This document shows positions 35,616 to 36,779 of a stretch of DNA of 36,779 nucleotides, one piece after another. How positions within the stretch are numbered: position 1 is the first letter of the stretch; each line of letters opens with the position of its first letter. Under the pieces are notes generated by a model. That model searched no databases, had not been told where the DNA came from, and saw nothing but the letters and a program-made list of their open reading frames with translations. This DNA is from a virus (lineage: Duplodnaviria > Caudoviricetes). Position numbers and translations under genes: made by a program. The stretch spans positions 1 to 36,779 of the IMG/VR virus record IMGVR_UViG_3300043420_000100; one strand, written 5' to 3'.

Positions 35616-36428
35616 ATGGCAGAGATTCTGAATGAAGTTCAGGACGAAGAACTAAACGCAGACGAAGAATACACATCCTTTGATGAACCGGACACGCAAC
35701 CGGACAACTCAGAAGGGGAACAACCCGCAGAGCCAGAGATGGTGCAGGATGAAGACGAAGACATTCCGGACAAATACCGAGGCAAGAGTGCTAAGGAAAT
35801 TGTTAGGATGCACCAAGAAGCTGAGAAGCTACTAGGTCGTCAGAGTTCAGAGGTTGGTGAACTACGTAAGCTCGTAGATAACTTTATCCTTTCACAGACA
35901 AACACTGCACAGCCCAAAGAAGAAGAAGACGATGTTGACTTCTTTGATGATCCACAGAAAGCTATTGAACGTGCTATCGCTAAGCATCCGAAGGTTCGTG
36001 AAGCTGAACAAGCATCTGCTGCAATGCGTCAGCAGGCTGCAATGGCAACGCTTAAAACTAAGCACCCTGATTATCAGGAAGTACTTGGTGATCCAGCATT
36101 CAGTGAGTGGGTTCAGGCAAGCAAGATTCGCATGGAGTTGTATAACCGTGCAGACCGTGGCTACGATGTTGATTCAGCAGATGAGCTATTGGCTACATGG
36201 AAAGAACGTCAGCGTGTTGTGAACCAAACTAAAGAAGTTGAGGACAAAGCACTCAAGCAATCACGTAAAGCTGCCGCTACTGGTGGTGGTAAAGGTGGTG
36301 GCGAAGGTCGTTCTCGTAAAGTATATCGTCGTGCTGACATTATCAACTTAATGCAAAACGATCCGGCACGATACTTAGAGTTGGCAGATGAAATTACTCT
36401 TGCTTACTCAGAAGGCCGTGTCAAATAA
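35616..36428 (+). CDS. Capsid scaffolding protein
   Basis: Acidic N-terminus, IPDKYRGKS, helical body, C-terminal AYSEGRV; precedes the capsid gene. Confidence 0.85.
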   Translation: MAEILNEVQDEELNADEEYTSFDEPDTQPDNSEGEQPAEPEMVQDEDEDIPDKYRGKSAKEIVRMHQEAEKLLGRQSSEVGELRKLVDNFILSQTNTAQPKEEEDDVDFFDDPQKAIERAIAKHPKVREAEQASAAMRQQAAMATLKTKHPDYQEVLGDPAFSEWVQASKIRMELYNRADRGYDVDSADELLATWKERQRVVNQTKEVEDKALKQSRKAAATGGGKGGGEGRSRKVYRRADIINLMQNDPARYLELADEITLAYSEGRVK

Positions 36429-36451
36429 CACTATTGTAAAGGTAAATTAAA

Positions 36452-36779
36452 ATGGCTCTTGGCTCAAATCATGTAACTAACACAACTGCAGCAACTTTCA
36501 TCCCAGAACTATGGTCTGACGAAATCGTAGCTGCGTACAAAAACTCTCTAGTACTTGCTAACGCTGTAAGCAAAATGCCAATGAAAGGCAAGAAAGGTGA
36601 TACTATCCGTATTCCTAAGCCTACTCGTGGCACTGCTTCTGCTAAAGCTGCATCTACTCAGGTAACTCTACAGGCAGCTACTGAATCTGAAGTTGTTATC
36701 TCTATCAACAAACACTACGAGTACTCTCGTCTAATCGAAGACATCACTGAAGTGCAGGCTCTTGCGTCTCTACGTAAGT
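36452..36779 (+). CDS. Major capsid protein, N-terminal part (3' truncated)
   Basis: MALGSNHVTNTTAATFIPELWSDEIVAAYK...KKGDTIRIP, open to the window end. Confidence 0.92.
   Translation, partial: MALGSNHVTNTTAATFIPELWSDEIVAAYKNSLVLANAVSKMPMKGKKGDTIRIPKPTRGTASAKAASTQVTLQAATESEVVISINKHYEYSRLIEDITEVQALASLRK

Overview
Near-complete genome of a lytic podovirus of about 37 kb. It has a T7-type replisome but no phage RNA polymerase, an architecture reminiscent of VpV262/SIO1-like Zobellviridae (assignment is inference). The window is permuted inside the major capsid gene: its N-terminus is at 36452-36779, its C-terminus at 1-254, and the middle is missing. The + strand arm (30670 to end, then 1-16452) carries terS, a pesticin-like muramidase, terL, portal, scaffold, capsid, a long Ala/Ser/Thr-rich tail fibre, two 2OG-Fe(II) oxygenases, a fibre chaperone, membrane proteins, tail tube/nozzle, a second fibre/adhesin pair and ejection proteins. 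The - strand arm (29293 to 16465) carries small early genes, primase-helicase, family A polymerase, SSB, exonuclease, HNH, metallophosphoesterase, DUF3310, MazG-like and Endo VII genes. A 1.35 kb non-coding region separates the arms. Most notable: (1) an uncalled 55-aa microprotein ending in a ribonucleotide-reductase-type redox tail (DDGCAGGACKL) in a genome with no RNR; (2) two identical rrn-type boxA antitermination elements in a structured early leader; (3) a family of sigma70 promoters sharing extra conserved sequence; (4) an iron theme of HxH fibre motifs, two Fe oxygenases and a Fur-box-like palindrome. All calls come from manual motif reading; no database searches were run.
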